Part shown: piece after piece, positions 40,136 to 53,324 of the stretch
Layout of the letters: each line of letters opens with the position of its first letter
Numbering within the stretch: position 1 is the first letter of the stretch
DNA from: the human T2T-CHM13v2.0 reference genome, Homo sapiens
DNA length: 64,000 nucleotides
Strand: one strand, 5' to 3'
NCBI RefSeq assembly: GCF_009914755.1
Contig: NC_060938.1
Notes under the pieces: generated by a model
Database searches by the model: none
What the model saw: only the letters and a program-made list of their open reading frames with translations
Told to the model about the DNA's origin: nothing
Made by a program: the position numbers and the translations under genes

Positions 40136-40439
40136 TCTCACTTTCTTCTCTCTTCTCTTTTCTCTCCCCTTCTCCTTTCCTCCCTGATCCCCATCCTCTG
40201 TCCCTCCCTTCTTCCCTGTCTCTCTCCCTCCCTCTTCCTCTCCAAAGAACAAGGATTGTACCTCCCTCGCTTCCATCTGCCCCCACCTTAACCCAGCGTC
40301 TGGCACCTGGAGGCATGTCATGTGTCTCCCTGGCCGTCTGCCACTGCATTCCTCCAAGGTTGGGTTTTCTCCTTGGGACTTAGTCTCAGTCTGAGAGTTA
40401 CCACCCCAGCGGTGCCTCTTCTGGCCTGTGGAGTGAGTC

Positions 40440-40920
40440 AGAAAATCTCCAAGTAGGAGATCTTTCAGGGGACAGAGGGCATGATTCTAGCTCCAGAAGC
40501 CCCATCTTCAGCAAACCGAAGAGCTCCCTCAATGGTCCTCGAGTCCCACAACCATCCCAGCAGGCCTCTTCCTACTGTCCTCCTGGAGGTCTAGACAGCT
40601 GCTGAAATGCATCACCCAAGCAGAATGCAACCCTCAGGACATAACTGATTTGAGTCAGGCACACTGACACCAGCACCTCCCTCATTCTAAGAATCATTCT
40701 TCCGTTCATGTGGCCAAAACCTGCATTACCCTTCTTGAAAACCACGCTGGTAACATGAGATTTTGTAAACGCCAGTGCTTCCCAGAGCCAAGACTTTCAG
40801 GGTCCCAAGGGCAAATGCTTATTATGCTATTTCTTTCCCTTCCTCAATTAAGGAAATTGTTTATTTGTTTGTTTTGCAAGTCCTCACATCTGGAACTTGT
40901 CTCCACTCCTGTTAAAGGGA
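40440..40920 (-). mobile_element. L3/CR1 fragment
   Basis: cacctccctcattctaagaatcattcttccgttcatgtggccaaaacctgcatta resembles reverse CR1 ORF2. Confidence 0.55.
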
Positions 40921-40939
40921 AGATAGCCCTATTTTACAA

Positions 40940-41190
40940 AATAAGCAGAAGACTTGGAGTCACAGATCCAGGCACGAGTCCAGGTTCCAACCTTCCTCAC
41001 TGTGTAAGAGGCCGGGAGCACCTTATTGCTAACTCCTATTTCCTAGTCCAGAAAGTCGGGGCAGCTGTGCCTGCTCTCTTCTCATCAGGAGCACCAAAGC
41101 ATTTCAGGTGCCCAGCACAGCGTCTGACCTAGAGTGCTCTGAATAAATGGAAGATGTTAGAATTAACAACAGTATTAACAATCATGAAAA
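40940..41190 (+). mobile_element. MIR
   Basis: gacttggagtcacagatcc...gcccagcacagcgtctgacctagagtgctctgaataaatg. Confidence 0.65.
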
Positions 41191-41399
41191 TGATAACAAT
41201 TATATGATGATATATTCCATGGTGTCTCAAAGTTCTGATCAAAGAAGATCTTTTAGATCCTTGTCATATGGTCCAGGTATTTTCAATTCAGCTTCTTGTC
41301 CTCCGCAAACTTGTAACACTGTCAACATTTTCAACTGACTTATTAAGAGCACCTTTGAATCAGACAGGGATGATAAAGCCTTCGGGATGCTGTTGCATC

Positions 41400-41930
41400 T
41401 CCTAACTAGTATTTGTCATGGGCAGTTTTTGAAATAGTTTTTTCATCTCCCTAATTTTACTATCACTCTGTCCATATTTCTCCATCATGGCTGCATAATT
41501 AAAAATCAAAGTAAGATATTTAGCTCTTAAATTTCTTTAAGGCTGTCACTTTATTTTCCTTCTATCCCTGGAGCATCCTTCACCTCCGTACCGGCTCCCC
41601 CACAGGCAACTTCAAATGAATGTAATCTTCCCGTTACCTCCCCCTCCCGAAATCGCAACTCGACACCCCCTGCTTGGCCTGCCCTCTTTGTTGGAATATG
41701 TTCAGTTCCTATTGTCTGGTAGATAGGGAATTTTTAAAAGTTGCTTTGTTAATAAAACGCTTCAGTTTAAAAAGTTTGCTCAGCAGCGTGTGTCTCTTAA
41801 TATGTGTCAACTTCTGTTTGGATCAATTGACGTGGGATGCTATATTAATTATTCATTTTTGCAGAATGGAAATTAATTATTGTGCATGAAATTCTAAACA
41901 CATATGGCAACAGTGCCGGCTGGACTGGCC
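41400..41930. promoter_or_regulatory. Candidate conserved enhancer (homeodomain/SOX/TCF/MAF/bHLH motifs)
   Basis: taatta 41496, atcaaag 41505, cctattgt 41708, ctttgtt 41744, taataaaa 41750, tgctcagca 41777, attaattat x2, catatg 41901. Confidence 0.45.
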
Positions 41931-42299
41931 CCCCTGCCAGCATTTCAGAGATTCAGATTCAGAGGTAATATGTTGTTTTGCAAAGCCAAGACCTCCTAAG
42001 GGTTCCAAGATAGAAGAATTGAAAAACTGACATGTTTCTGTACGTGGTCCAACTCCTGCGCCTCCTTGAATGCACCCCTGACTTCCCTGCTATCTCTTCC
42101 CAAATCTGTGCTGATGAGGGGAACTATTCGAGTCTATCACAATAGCTGCAACAACCTAAAACCTTCAGAGTCATTATCTTTGCCTCCAAATCTGTCTTCC
42201 TGCAGCAGGTGGTACCATTAACCACTTCTCCCTGAATCCTTCCAAGTGAATCTTCCTGGAGGGGATGACTGGGTCCGGGGTGTTCCCTTTACAATGGGT

Positions 42300-43130
42300 C
42301 CTACCACTCTTATTTTGTTCATCATGTTGCAATGGAGATGTCTGTGTGTGCGACTATCACAGCTACCATTTGTTGAGTCCTCTGTGGGTAGGAATTGTGC
42401 CTCGTTCCTTCTCATATACTCTCATGCCCTCTGAAGATAGGGAGTTTATTAAACTGAATTGAACCTATTCATTCCATGGGGGGGAAAAGGCTCACAGAAG
42501 TGCCTATCCTTTTCAAGGAAAATGAAGAAGGAAGACAATTCCTGGTAGAAGAGGAGGCAGGGTGCACGTTTTAAAGCCAAGAGAAGTTACTGAAAATTTT
42601 GGATATACAGGAAATGTGCATCTAGACCTTTTGGCATGGAAGAGAAGAAATATTTCAGAGCAAGCAAACAGACACTGCGTAATTTCTCAGCCCCTGTTAT
42701 CCCATCCTCTTTCTTATTGTGTTACCACCTAGCACAGTGCTGGGCAGGAAGCAGCAGCTTCACAAATATTTGCTGAATTGATCAAGACATGAAAGAATGA
42801 ATACATGAAGTTAGGATTGTTCTGGTTGCAAATGCCAAAAAAAAAAAAAAAAAAAAAAAAAGCCCAATCCTAAATAGGCTGAAAAGACACATTGTGGTAT
42901 TTTCAAATACTCAAATTCCAAAGTCAAAGATAGGAAGGCAAAGCAAAGTGAAGCCTTTGGCAGGTGTTTTGCATGAGGTAGCAGGTCATGCTATGAATCT
43001 GCAACGTTGCAGCTCAGCTTTGGATCTCAGAAGGTGACATTTCGTGTAATTTCCACACTTGAGTTCTGACCCTAAGCTCTGTGAACACACAGAGAGGGCC
43101 TAAACCTCTCTATTAACCACCATGTCCTCA
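42300..43130. mobile_element. L2 3' fragments (+) and old MLT1 fragment (-, from about 42810) with an A25 run at 42837-42861
   Basis: cctagcacagtgctgggca...aaatatttgctgaat; gttaggattgttctggttgcaaatg. Confidence 0.55.
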
Positions 43131-43597
43131 TCATGAGATAATGCCATGCCCATGCTGGTCATCTCCAAGATAACCCAGATGTTGCTCTCCTTCCTCAAAC
43201 AACATGGTGCTCTCTCTCCACCTCTCCTCTTTCATGAGTCACCAGTTTGCCCTCCATCTCTCTTAGGAAATGGAATTGGGGAGTGCAAAAGAGTGGTTCT
43301 CAACAAAGTTTATGTCTATAAAGAGAAAATGTATGATAGAAATTAGAAAAGGGAAGAAGGCAATCATGAGAGCTCATTTGGTTGATTTAATATCAAAGTT
43401 GGATCCAGAGTTTCCTGGTGGTAATGGCAAAAAGGGAAATACAACATTTAACACCGCAAGTTGTCAGACTAGTAGAAACAACAGCCTCTCAATGTAGGGA
43501 GCAGTGGGGGCAAACATGTTCCAAACAATAAATCATGACAGATGTTGCTTATGTAGGGGCATTAGGTAATGAGCTAGACAATGTGACTTCAGCATAG

Positions 43598-44436
<839 letters not shown>

Positions 44437-44559
44437 TCTTACTTTGTTAAATGCGAATTTCTCTTAAAGCAACCCAAACTTATTTTTATTTCAATTCTGT
44501 TGTATTAGAAATATTCTGGTATTGACTATGATCAACCTTACAGTCAACTAATAATCTCT

Positions 44560-44656
44560 CAGACTTCTGCTTATTAAACCTATTAAATCACAACCTAACC
44601 CCTCTCTTCAATTTTTCTGCCCTTGTTTTTGTTCTTGGTGTGTTTGTTTTCAATTT

Positions 44657-44715
<59 letters not shown>

Positions 44716-45010
44716 TTTCCATGTTTAATGAATTTTCATCTTGTTTATGTCACCATGATACTCGAATCTACTAGGTCTTCCTGGATTTTGTCAGCCAGCA
44801 ACAGGGCTTTCTCTCCACGCCTGGTCTTCTTCCCAAATTATTCCCTGTTGTTGTTCACATTGGTGATAAAATTATTGAACAAGGCAGAGTTGAGGACTAA
44901 GTTCCAGGCTCAAAGATCTAGAACTTTGAACTTTGTTTTGGACCAACTAGAGGCCAGAGCCTGCCTTTTCATCCAACCACATCCTTTGCTTTGTCTGACT
45001 TCATTTCCCC
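44560..45010 (-). mobile_element. L3/CR1 fragment
   Basis: aattttcatcttgttta...ggtgataaaattattgaacaaggcagagttgaggac. Confidence 0.6.
44661..44713. repeat. Pure (TA)26
   Basis: Direct read. Confidence 0.99.
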
Positions 45011-45299
45011 CAGCTGCCAAAAATGGTATAATCCAGCCCAAGCCTTCAGTAATGAGGATTGGAGGCAGAACGGCATAATTGTCAACACATGCCTGAAATT
45101 ACATTTCTTAGCATCAATGTCTCAAGTGAATTTGTATCTGAGTCTCTAGTTTTGAAGAATTCCTTGCATCCCACAAACATGTACGGAATAACCACCGTGG
45201 GTCAAATTTGTCTTCTTTTTTCTTCTCTTTAATTCATTGTTCAATTACAATCAGAAACTTCTTAAGCTGGCAAAGAGGGAGGGAACTTTCAGTCCCATA

Positions 45300-45730
45300 T
45301 GGGTGGTTGAAGATGGACCCCGAAGTGGGGTCTGGGTGTAGCTCCAATGCTGTCTTCCTCTCACTGGAACCCTCTGGCAACTATCTTCTACTGACTTGGT
45401 GTTAGCTTCGCACATGTGTAAAACAAGGGGGCTCTAATTAAATGGTATCTAAAGTATTTTTCAGCTATGGCATGATAATTGGGAAGGATTCAGGGAGGGA
45501 GAGAAAGACAGAAAACACACAGTGTTAGCAGTAAGCTAGATCCTTCGTATGCTATCTGCTCCAAGTTGCCTTACGAGTTAGCAGCGGCCATCCCATTTTA
45601 CAGAGGAAGAGACTGAGGCGCCGAGGCTGCATGGCACGCTGCAGTAGTTCTCCCAGCACGGACAGCATGGAGAAGTCCGAACATAGGTTTATGACTTCAA
45701 AGTTCATGGTACTCCTTCCACTGCACAAAT
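45300..45730. mobile_element. MIR3 (+) and MIR (-) fragments
   Basis: cccattttacagaggaagagactgagg core. Confidence 0.65.
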
Positions 45731-46493
45731 ATTTTTCTCTTTCTCATTTTAATGCTTTCCATCTTATTAAATTCCATTTAGAGGAAAATATACTCAGGCT
45801 TTAGATAACTGAAAACCTGTTTGAAAAGTGGTTCTATTAGGAAATTACTGGAAAGGATGTCATATCCACCCTTCTGAAAATCTCAATGCCGGCTTATGAC
45901 TTTCTACTTTAATAGGGCAGCATAGGGAACCTGGAAACCGGTGGGCTTTGACAGGTCTAGAACCATGAGTTTGCCCGGCTCAAAGATAGCGGCTTAAGCT
46001 GTGGTTAGCCCATTGACCTGATTCACAGGTCCTCACTGGGGAGAAGTGGAGTTAAGGCTTTGGCACTAAAGAAAGCAGTGATGTGACAGTCCAATTATTG
46101 AACCTGACAGACAGAAGAAGCAGACAGAGGGGGCTGAGCCTGGCACTGACCAGGGTGCACCCTGTCTTGTACACTGTCACTGGTCTACATGCTGAAGGAC
46201 TTCCCAGACATGTTCCCAAAACGTGGTGGGTTTAAATTTGAAAACATTGAGGAGGGGAGGGAAGAGACAGGGGAAGGAATCTGTGAGATAGTGATACTAT
46301 CGTCAGGGTGAATTTTTTTTTCCAAAAGCTCCTGGCAAACATAACTTTTTCAAAGGATGACACTGAATACACAGAAGATTAATAATAGCTGCGATCAATG
46401 TATTGAAGGGCTGCATTGGGAGACATTCCTTCTGCTTGCCACAAAAACTCCATGAAAAAGCATTGTTTTCCCCAATTTAAAGATGCAGAGACA

Positions 46494-46792
<299 letters not shown>

Positions 46793-48153
46793 AAAAATGC
46801 AGAGACAGAGGCTTACAGAGAGTACATAGTCTTCCCCAAGTCGCAAAGTTAATAAATGGCATTAAAATTCTGTCTTCTTGATACTGAGCCCATGACATTT
46901 CCAGTGGTCATCGTGACTGCTGTGGTACCCAAATGACTTGAAAAAGAGCATATTCGGGTTTATAGCACACATGTACACACTCCTACACCGGCATACACAA
47001 ACACACATACACACTATTTATTTGAACTTCCAAGATATTTATGATCTAAAAAACTGTAATAAGCTGTCAAAATTATTTCTTAAAAATAAAGGTGAGAATT
47101 TACCACCAACATACTTCACCAAAGAAACGTATAAATGATGTACATAATTGAGAAGGGAAAAGATGCAGCAATGAGGTCTGAGATACAAGAAGGAACCATG
47201 AACAAGATTGGAAAACACAAAAGGAAAATCTAAGCAAACACCAATTGAGTTCAACAATAATAATGCTAATGGATATGATTAAATATAATATAAAACTACG
47301 TTTCTGGAAAACAACAGAGTAGAGTGGCTGCTTCCATCCTAAGGATGTCATCTTCCTGTGTATCCTCTTGGTAGGTAAAGACCAGCTAGAGAGGCTCAAG
47401 ATTTTATAGGGAAAACAACATTCAGTAGGCTCAGAAGTAAGACACAAACTATGGGAAACCTTACACATATTTGTGTGTTTACTGAAATAGAACGCATTTT
47501 GTAGATGAAGACATCTAAATAAAGAAAAGAGCAGTGAAAGTTTGTGTTACTTGCCTTAGCAATAATTGGTACTTTACTAGTCAGGTTTCACAAAATGAAA
47601 GCCCCATGAGGACAGCAGGGACTGTGTCTCGCTCCCATCTACATTCCAGTTCCCAGGCGAGAAGCTGGCAAAGTCAGTGCTCAAAAGGTGTTTCTGAATT
47701 AATATACGAATTCTATTGATTAACTTCGAATTCTCCTCCCGGGAAGACGCATACATCTGCCAGAGTTTTCTCTGTGGAAGTTCCTGCTGATCCGATGTGT
47801 TGGCACCATCACTGGCATACGAACTCCAGAAATTAGTGCTTCCATTTACTCTGATACATCTGGCAAGAATATGCATTCAGGTGCCAAGGCAAGAACTGAC
47901 TCGCAAGGCTCCCGCCCTGGACACAGAAGAAACCTTCTGTGACTTCTATCCAACGTATATGGAAGGGCCACCAGAATTTCTTCTTCTTCTTCCTGCGTTT
48001 CTATGTTAACACCAGTTGCTCTCTTCCTGGCCACCAGAATGGTGTCCACGTGCACAGGAGAATGGCCAGAGGACCAGCCTAGCGGCCCGATACTTCCACC
48101 ATGTGCGCCGTGCTGTCCTGTTCCAGGCACTGAACACCTTCCACATGGTTGGT

Positions 48154-48327
48154 CAGAGGTGGTTTCCTGGGGTTCAACATGCACAGTTGAACAGGGCCCT
48201 GTGCTTAGAAGGACCCTGATCTTGGTTTAATGCTCTGATGTCACCATCTTGAAATTCTTAATTTTTGAACAAGGGACTCAGCATTTTCATTGTGCACTGG
48301 GTCCCACAAATGATGTAGCAGGTCCTG
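48154..48327 (+). mobile_element. MER91A
   Basis: cagggccctgtgcttagaaggaccc...ttgaacaaggg...gtagcaggtcctg; degenerate 8-bp TSD tggttggt/tgcttggc. Confidence 0.88.
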
Positions 48328-49339
48328 TGCTTGGCACTCTACTTAGCCCTCATTTCCCAAAGATACATCAAGTCTTCCAGGGAAGACCCTGCAGTTTTAT
48401 CCACAACTCAGACATGTGAGCAAGCAGTACAGATACCGAAAAAAAAAAACCTCCTCTCCTCCAGCTGCCTGAACTGGTCCCCCAAATGCTATTTCCTTGG
48501 GGCCCCTACTCACCCCTCCTTGTGGCAGTAACTCACGTCAGACCCTCCTCCTGGCAGGCCGCCCCCGCTCAGCTCTCAGGTTCCTCATCTCATCCCACAG
48601 CCCACCTGTTTACAGCGACCCCAATCGAGCGTGGGCTGTCTCCTTTCTTGGCCTCCCTCTAGCTTCCTTCCTGGACCTGCAGAAGTTAGCTCAGGGGCTG
48701 TTTCCTCTAGGACTCCTTCTCTGACTTCCATAGTATGGTCAAATCACCCTTTTCTGTCCTCCCACAGTGCCCTTGGCTTTCCTGCTTTCCGTCTGTTTTG
48801 ACAGCACTCCCATTCCCTACAGTCACGCCTAGAGCATGTGTCAGTCTTCCCCAGCAGATTCTGAGCTCTTTGCAACAGGGATGATGCCTTTTCTCATTGG
48901 AACCCTGATGCCTGGCAGGACCACAGTCATTGTTTGTGGAGTAAAGTGGTGAGGAGCAAGACTCTTTGGCAGGTTCCCTCGTGTACAGGGCATAACAGGA
49001 AAAACAGCCACCCAGGGACGCACCTTGCTTTGGTGCCCACATTGAGATCTGCTCACACGTTGACCTCGACTTGGCCATACTTCCCTGGAAGGGAAGCCAT
49101 CTTTGCAGACAGTCCTCTGTCTCCCGGCAAAGGCGCTTTCCCCACCAATACCCCCTATTGTGGAATCAGATTTTCAACGCCCGTCCCACTGCTGAATCTG
49201 AGCCCACTTGTCACCTCTGTCTGGGCCACACACAGAGTCTAACGCCTTGTTTTCTCCTACAGGCGGCTGCCTCCTGAAGCAGGGATCTCCTCTGTCTTTG
49301 GCGCAACCCAATGTATACTCTGAAAGCTCTCAGAAATGC

Positions 49340-49590
49340 CATTAATTATAATAATAGTGACACTCTGTACTTTTATAGCCTCTTTCATCAGAAGATCTCT
49401 GAGCACTTAAAAAATATTATCTCATTAATCCTCACAACACCCTCGTGAGACAGCTGGCAGGTAAACCTATCCCAGTTTATCAGGAAAGGGAACGGAGACA
49501 GAAAGATGATGGTTAGAGAAGGGACTAGGATCAGACAAAGAGATGGAAGCACTTGGGACCTTGCACCCAAGCTGGCTGCATCATAAACCC
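49340..49590 (-). mobile_element. MIR
   Basis: atctcattaatcctcacaacaccctcgtgag. Confidence 0.8.
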
Positions 49591-50429
49591 AGTCCATGGA
49601 CCAGCTGGACATGTGCATTCTATAAAAATGTATCTGCATCGCATGAGTGAGTAATGGACATGTCTGACATTTCATTGGTGTTTAGGAGATGGTATCAAAT
49701 CACTGACATCTTCAAAAGTCACCCTTTTGTTTCTCAGCAAATACTTCCAGAGCATATGCTCAACACCAGCTCCCACTGGCAATACAGATGGGCGAAGCTT
49801 ATCAATAATGTTTAAGAATCCTTCTTCCTAAATTTATCTGAGCGCTAATGAAGCTTCCAGCAAAAAGGAAACAGTATAATCATATACGAATCCCAAGCCC
49901 CTTTCAACATCAGGAACACAAAGCAAGCACCTGAGAAAAAATATTAATTATGTCTTTTAACGAGGAATCAGGACTTCGTGCCACTGAGCCTTCGTTTACA
50001 TTCCTAGCTCTGAGCTGAGCAGGATTTTGAAGTTATCTGGTCTAACCCTCTCATTTTGCAGAAGGGGGAAAAAAGGAGCCGCGAAGATCTTGGGGGGATC
50101 CCCCTGAGTCACAGTGAGTAGAGGGCAGAGGTCAGATGAATTTTTTTTTGTCTTTTTCTTCTTCTAAGAGGTGAAAGGTTTTTTTCTCTGCTATTTGGGA
50201 ACACCCTTATTTATCAACATAAACACCAAAATACACCTTTGATAGCATTTGAGAAAGTTCTGGTAAACATAAGTCCTTTCATTTTTACTTCCAAAGAGTT
50301 GTGGGTGTTGAATTGAGGGGTGGGAGGGGGCAGGAAGCTTCCCGCCAGCCCTCAGTGAAGGGCTTTGGCCTGGGACACACACAGGCTAGGAGGAGAGAGC
50401 CTCCCTCTCTGAGTGAAACGAGCCCAGGA

Positions 50430-50770
50430 GCTCTAATGCATGCACAATGTATAATAGATACCTGTCTGGTATAATTAATTGTATTTTTCCTAAATTTAAC
50501 ATTGCCCGAAGGGGAAAATCATTTTGCTTGATAAAACCCCTCCTGCCACACAGCTTCTATGAGCTGGCCAGATTTAATTGCTACGATAAAAACCACAAGA
50601 AAGACCAGGTTCCCACTCAATCTATAACCACATCTACTAAAGAATAGCTTTAATCACCTCTGAAAGGGCGACCACAAGATAATTAAAGGGGAAGGGTGCT
50701 CATTGGGAATTATCCAGAAATATCAAATTTCCGTTTATCGCGAAGTTTGACTTAAAATATCTTGGCATGG
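50430..50770. promoter_or_regulatory. Candidate homeodomain-rich conserved element
   Basis: taattaattg 50472, tttaattg, gataattaaa, several gataa; repeat-free. Confidence 0.4.
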
Positions 50771-50899
50771 CTTTGTTCCCAACCCCCACCCTGTTTTGAG
50801 TTAAGCCGTTGTGTTTCCCATTATTTAGTGGTGGAGGAAATGGGCCTGTTCCACAAGTCTATGTCCACTAACAGGTTGAAAGAGGGAAGGAGGCAACTG

Positions 50900-51070
50900 T
50901 CAGCTGAGAAGAGCATGGAGTTTGGGGAAGGCCACACAGAGACCAGAATCGTCTTTCCTCTATGACCTGTGTGCTGTGTGACCATGGGCAAGTGGCCTAA
51001 CCTCTCTGAGCCTCCTTCCAAAAGTGAGGGTCATAGTGGTTATTCCACAGGATTATTTCAGCTGAACGCC
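50900..51070 (+). mobile_element. MIR
   Basis: gctgtgtgaccatgggcaagtggcctaacctctctgagcctc. Confidence 0.85.
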
Positions 51071-51878
51071 CAGTATATCTGAATCCCTTTTCTTCTGCAG
51101 AATATCCACCCACCTCTAGAAACCAAACAAAATGCATAAAGGCCTGAAACCAATGGGGCAGATTATCTGAGGAGCTGTGAAGGAGTGGAGAGGACGAGGG
51201 ATGCGTGTGCCAGTGGGGTTGGCTTTCCAGGGCTTGATTGATTTTCTCCTTCTGTTGATGCTCTTCCACATTGCCCAGGGCAGGGCTCTGAGGGGCAGGC
51301 GCAGGAACCAGTGGAGCGACATTCTTGGCAGCCTGTTTGTGCTCCCAGCAGAGAGGCTTTGTTCTAGGCCCAAATTCCCAGGCCTCCCGCTGTCTGGGGA
51401 GGCTGCCCAGGAAGTGCACATCTGCCTGGCCTTCACCTCCCTGAGGCTCCCCCCGACCGGCCCCAAGTGCAAGCACAGGCTGAGTGCTTATCTAAACTCC
51501 TGGGACAGAAGAGACTATGCCCAGCACCTGAACCCCTGGAGGAGGGAAGCAGGGGACAGCTTGGTTTTTCCCTCACCAGGAAGAGAACACTGATACCAAT
51601 TTGTATATTCATTGAGTTCTCCATCCATGTAACCCAGGTGGTCACTGTGCCCCTCCCCCACCCCCAGCTATTCACACTTAAACTTGTCCCAGGATTTCGA
51701 GAGTCGCAGCCCTGGGCCTATGAGCTCTGCTTGTCTCTGCAGCTCACTTCCTGCTTCTGTCTGCCTTGGTGCTCCTGCATGTAAATGCAATACCTACCCC
51801 TGCCTCCACCCCCAGCCCCAGTATCCAGTCATGAAGAATACTTGCTCCCTATTTTTAAAATAATCCACTTGTGTCTTC

Positions 51879-52341
51879 TATCATAGGTAGAATAATGTCC
51901 CTCCCAAACATATCCATGTCCTCATCCCTAGAACCTGTGAATGCTACTTCCTATGGTAGAATGAACTATGCCGATATGATCAAGTCAAGGATCTTGAGGA
52001 AAAAGATCCTGATGGTCTGGGTAGACCCAGCGCAATCATGAGTGTCGTTATATAAGGGATGAAAGAAGACACAGGCTCAGACAGTAGGAGTTGTGACAAT
52101 GGAAGTAAGCAGTGGTCCGAGTGATGCGAGGTGGGGATCTTGAGCCAAGGAAGGCAGGCGGCCTCTAGAAACTAAAAAAGGCAGGGAAAAGGATTCTCAC
52201 CTGAACCTCCAGAAGGACCCATCCCTGCTGACAACTTGATTTTAGAATTCTGACCACCAGGGCTGTAAGAGAATAAATTTGTGTTGTTTTAAGTCACTGA
52301 GTTTATGGTAATTTGTTACAGCAGCAATAGAAAACATTACT
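51879..52341 (+). mobile_element. MLT1C/D solo LTR
   Basis: aggtagaataatg...gaacctgtgaatg...aataaatttgtgttgttttaagtcact...ttgttacagcagcaatagaaaac. Confidence 0.9.
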
Positions 52342-52569
52342 CTCCAAAATTTGGGGAGCCATGCGGTCCATAGTGTCACATCCTGGAGTACCTGGCCTTC
52401 TATAAACAACCTCCCCACCCCGTTTCCTCCCCCATTTTCCCCAAGAGCATCAGGTGGAAGTGCTTTCATTGGCGGGGAAGGGAAAATCTAAGCGCCAGCG
52501 CCCATGCACCTAACTCATTATTTTCCCCACACAACCAGGGCGTGCAGGTCAACGTAGGCATGGTATGAC

Positions 52570-52910
52570 GGCGGTTCTCAAAATTCTTCACTCAGGATGC
52601 CAAGGAGGCTGCTGTGACTTTACAAATTATATTGACACCAAATTCTAGAAGAAGGGGTTGGGCATGGTGCTAGATAGGTCAGATCAGAAAAGCAGAAGTT
52701 TTCCCCAAAGCCTCCAGAGCTGCCCTATCTTTTGGTCTCATTATCAAAACTGGGTCCCACAATCACCGCTTGTCTTCAAAGAAGACCAAAAATTAACAGG
52801 ATGGGATGATCATATCTCGCTTAGTCCACATGTGATTCGTTGCCTTGACACACTGGTGTTGCAAACAAAATCCATTTTTATGAACAAGGAAAAAAATGTT
52901 GGGTGTGTGG
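52570..52910 (-). mobile_element. Old MLT1 (K/L-like) fragment
   Basis: ggtctcattatcaaaactgggtcccaca...aacaaaatc...aacaaggaa. Confidence 0.5.
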
Positions 52911-52911
52911 A

Positions 52912-53324
52912 TGTAGCAGACACATTGGTGTCCCCATGATCACTGCTCTCCTGCAGTGCACACCAGCCCAGCTTGCAGCTGTGCTCGTCTGCTAGGAGGA
53001 GGGAGAAGCTGGATGGTAAGAGACCTAGCCCTCCACGTAGATCTGTTCCCCCTGGGCCTCCACCATGATGGATGGACGATGGGGAATAGATCCCCAGACT
53101 TTCTTCCCTACCTAGGTGGGATAGCTCAGAGATAGGCTCTGTGCTGTCTCCCAGGGTGCCCCATCAGGGTTAGCCTCTAGGTGTGTCCACAGGAAACACT
53201 TGCACAGAAATGACCTCGTTCTTGGCCACCTCCAGGAGGTCTCCCTGGACCACCCTCCAAACTATGTCCTTGCACACAATCCTCTGTCTCAGCATCTGCT
53301 TCTGAGGGGCCTCAAATCAAGACC
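52912..53324 (+). mobile_element. LTR16-family (ERVL) solo LTR
   Basis: tgtagcagacac start; cttgcacacaatcctctgtctcagcatctgcttctgagggg...aagac end. Confidence 0.8.

Noticed and set aside
42837-42861. A25 tract as a retrocopy tail
   Set aside because: No upstream insert or TSD; a homopolymer expansion within an old MLT1.
52395-52585. Possible promoter (ctataaa, attggcgggg, several CpGs)
   Set aside because: Too short and CpG-poor for an island; motif order does not fit a clear core promoter.
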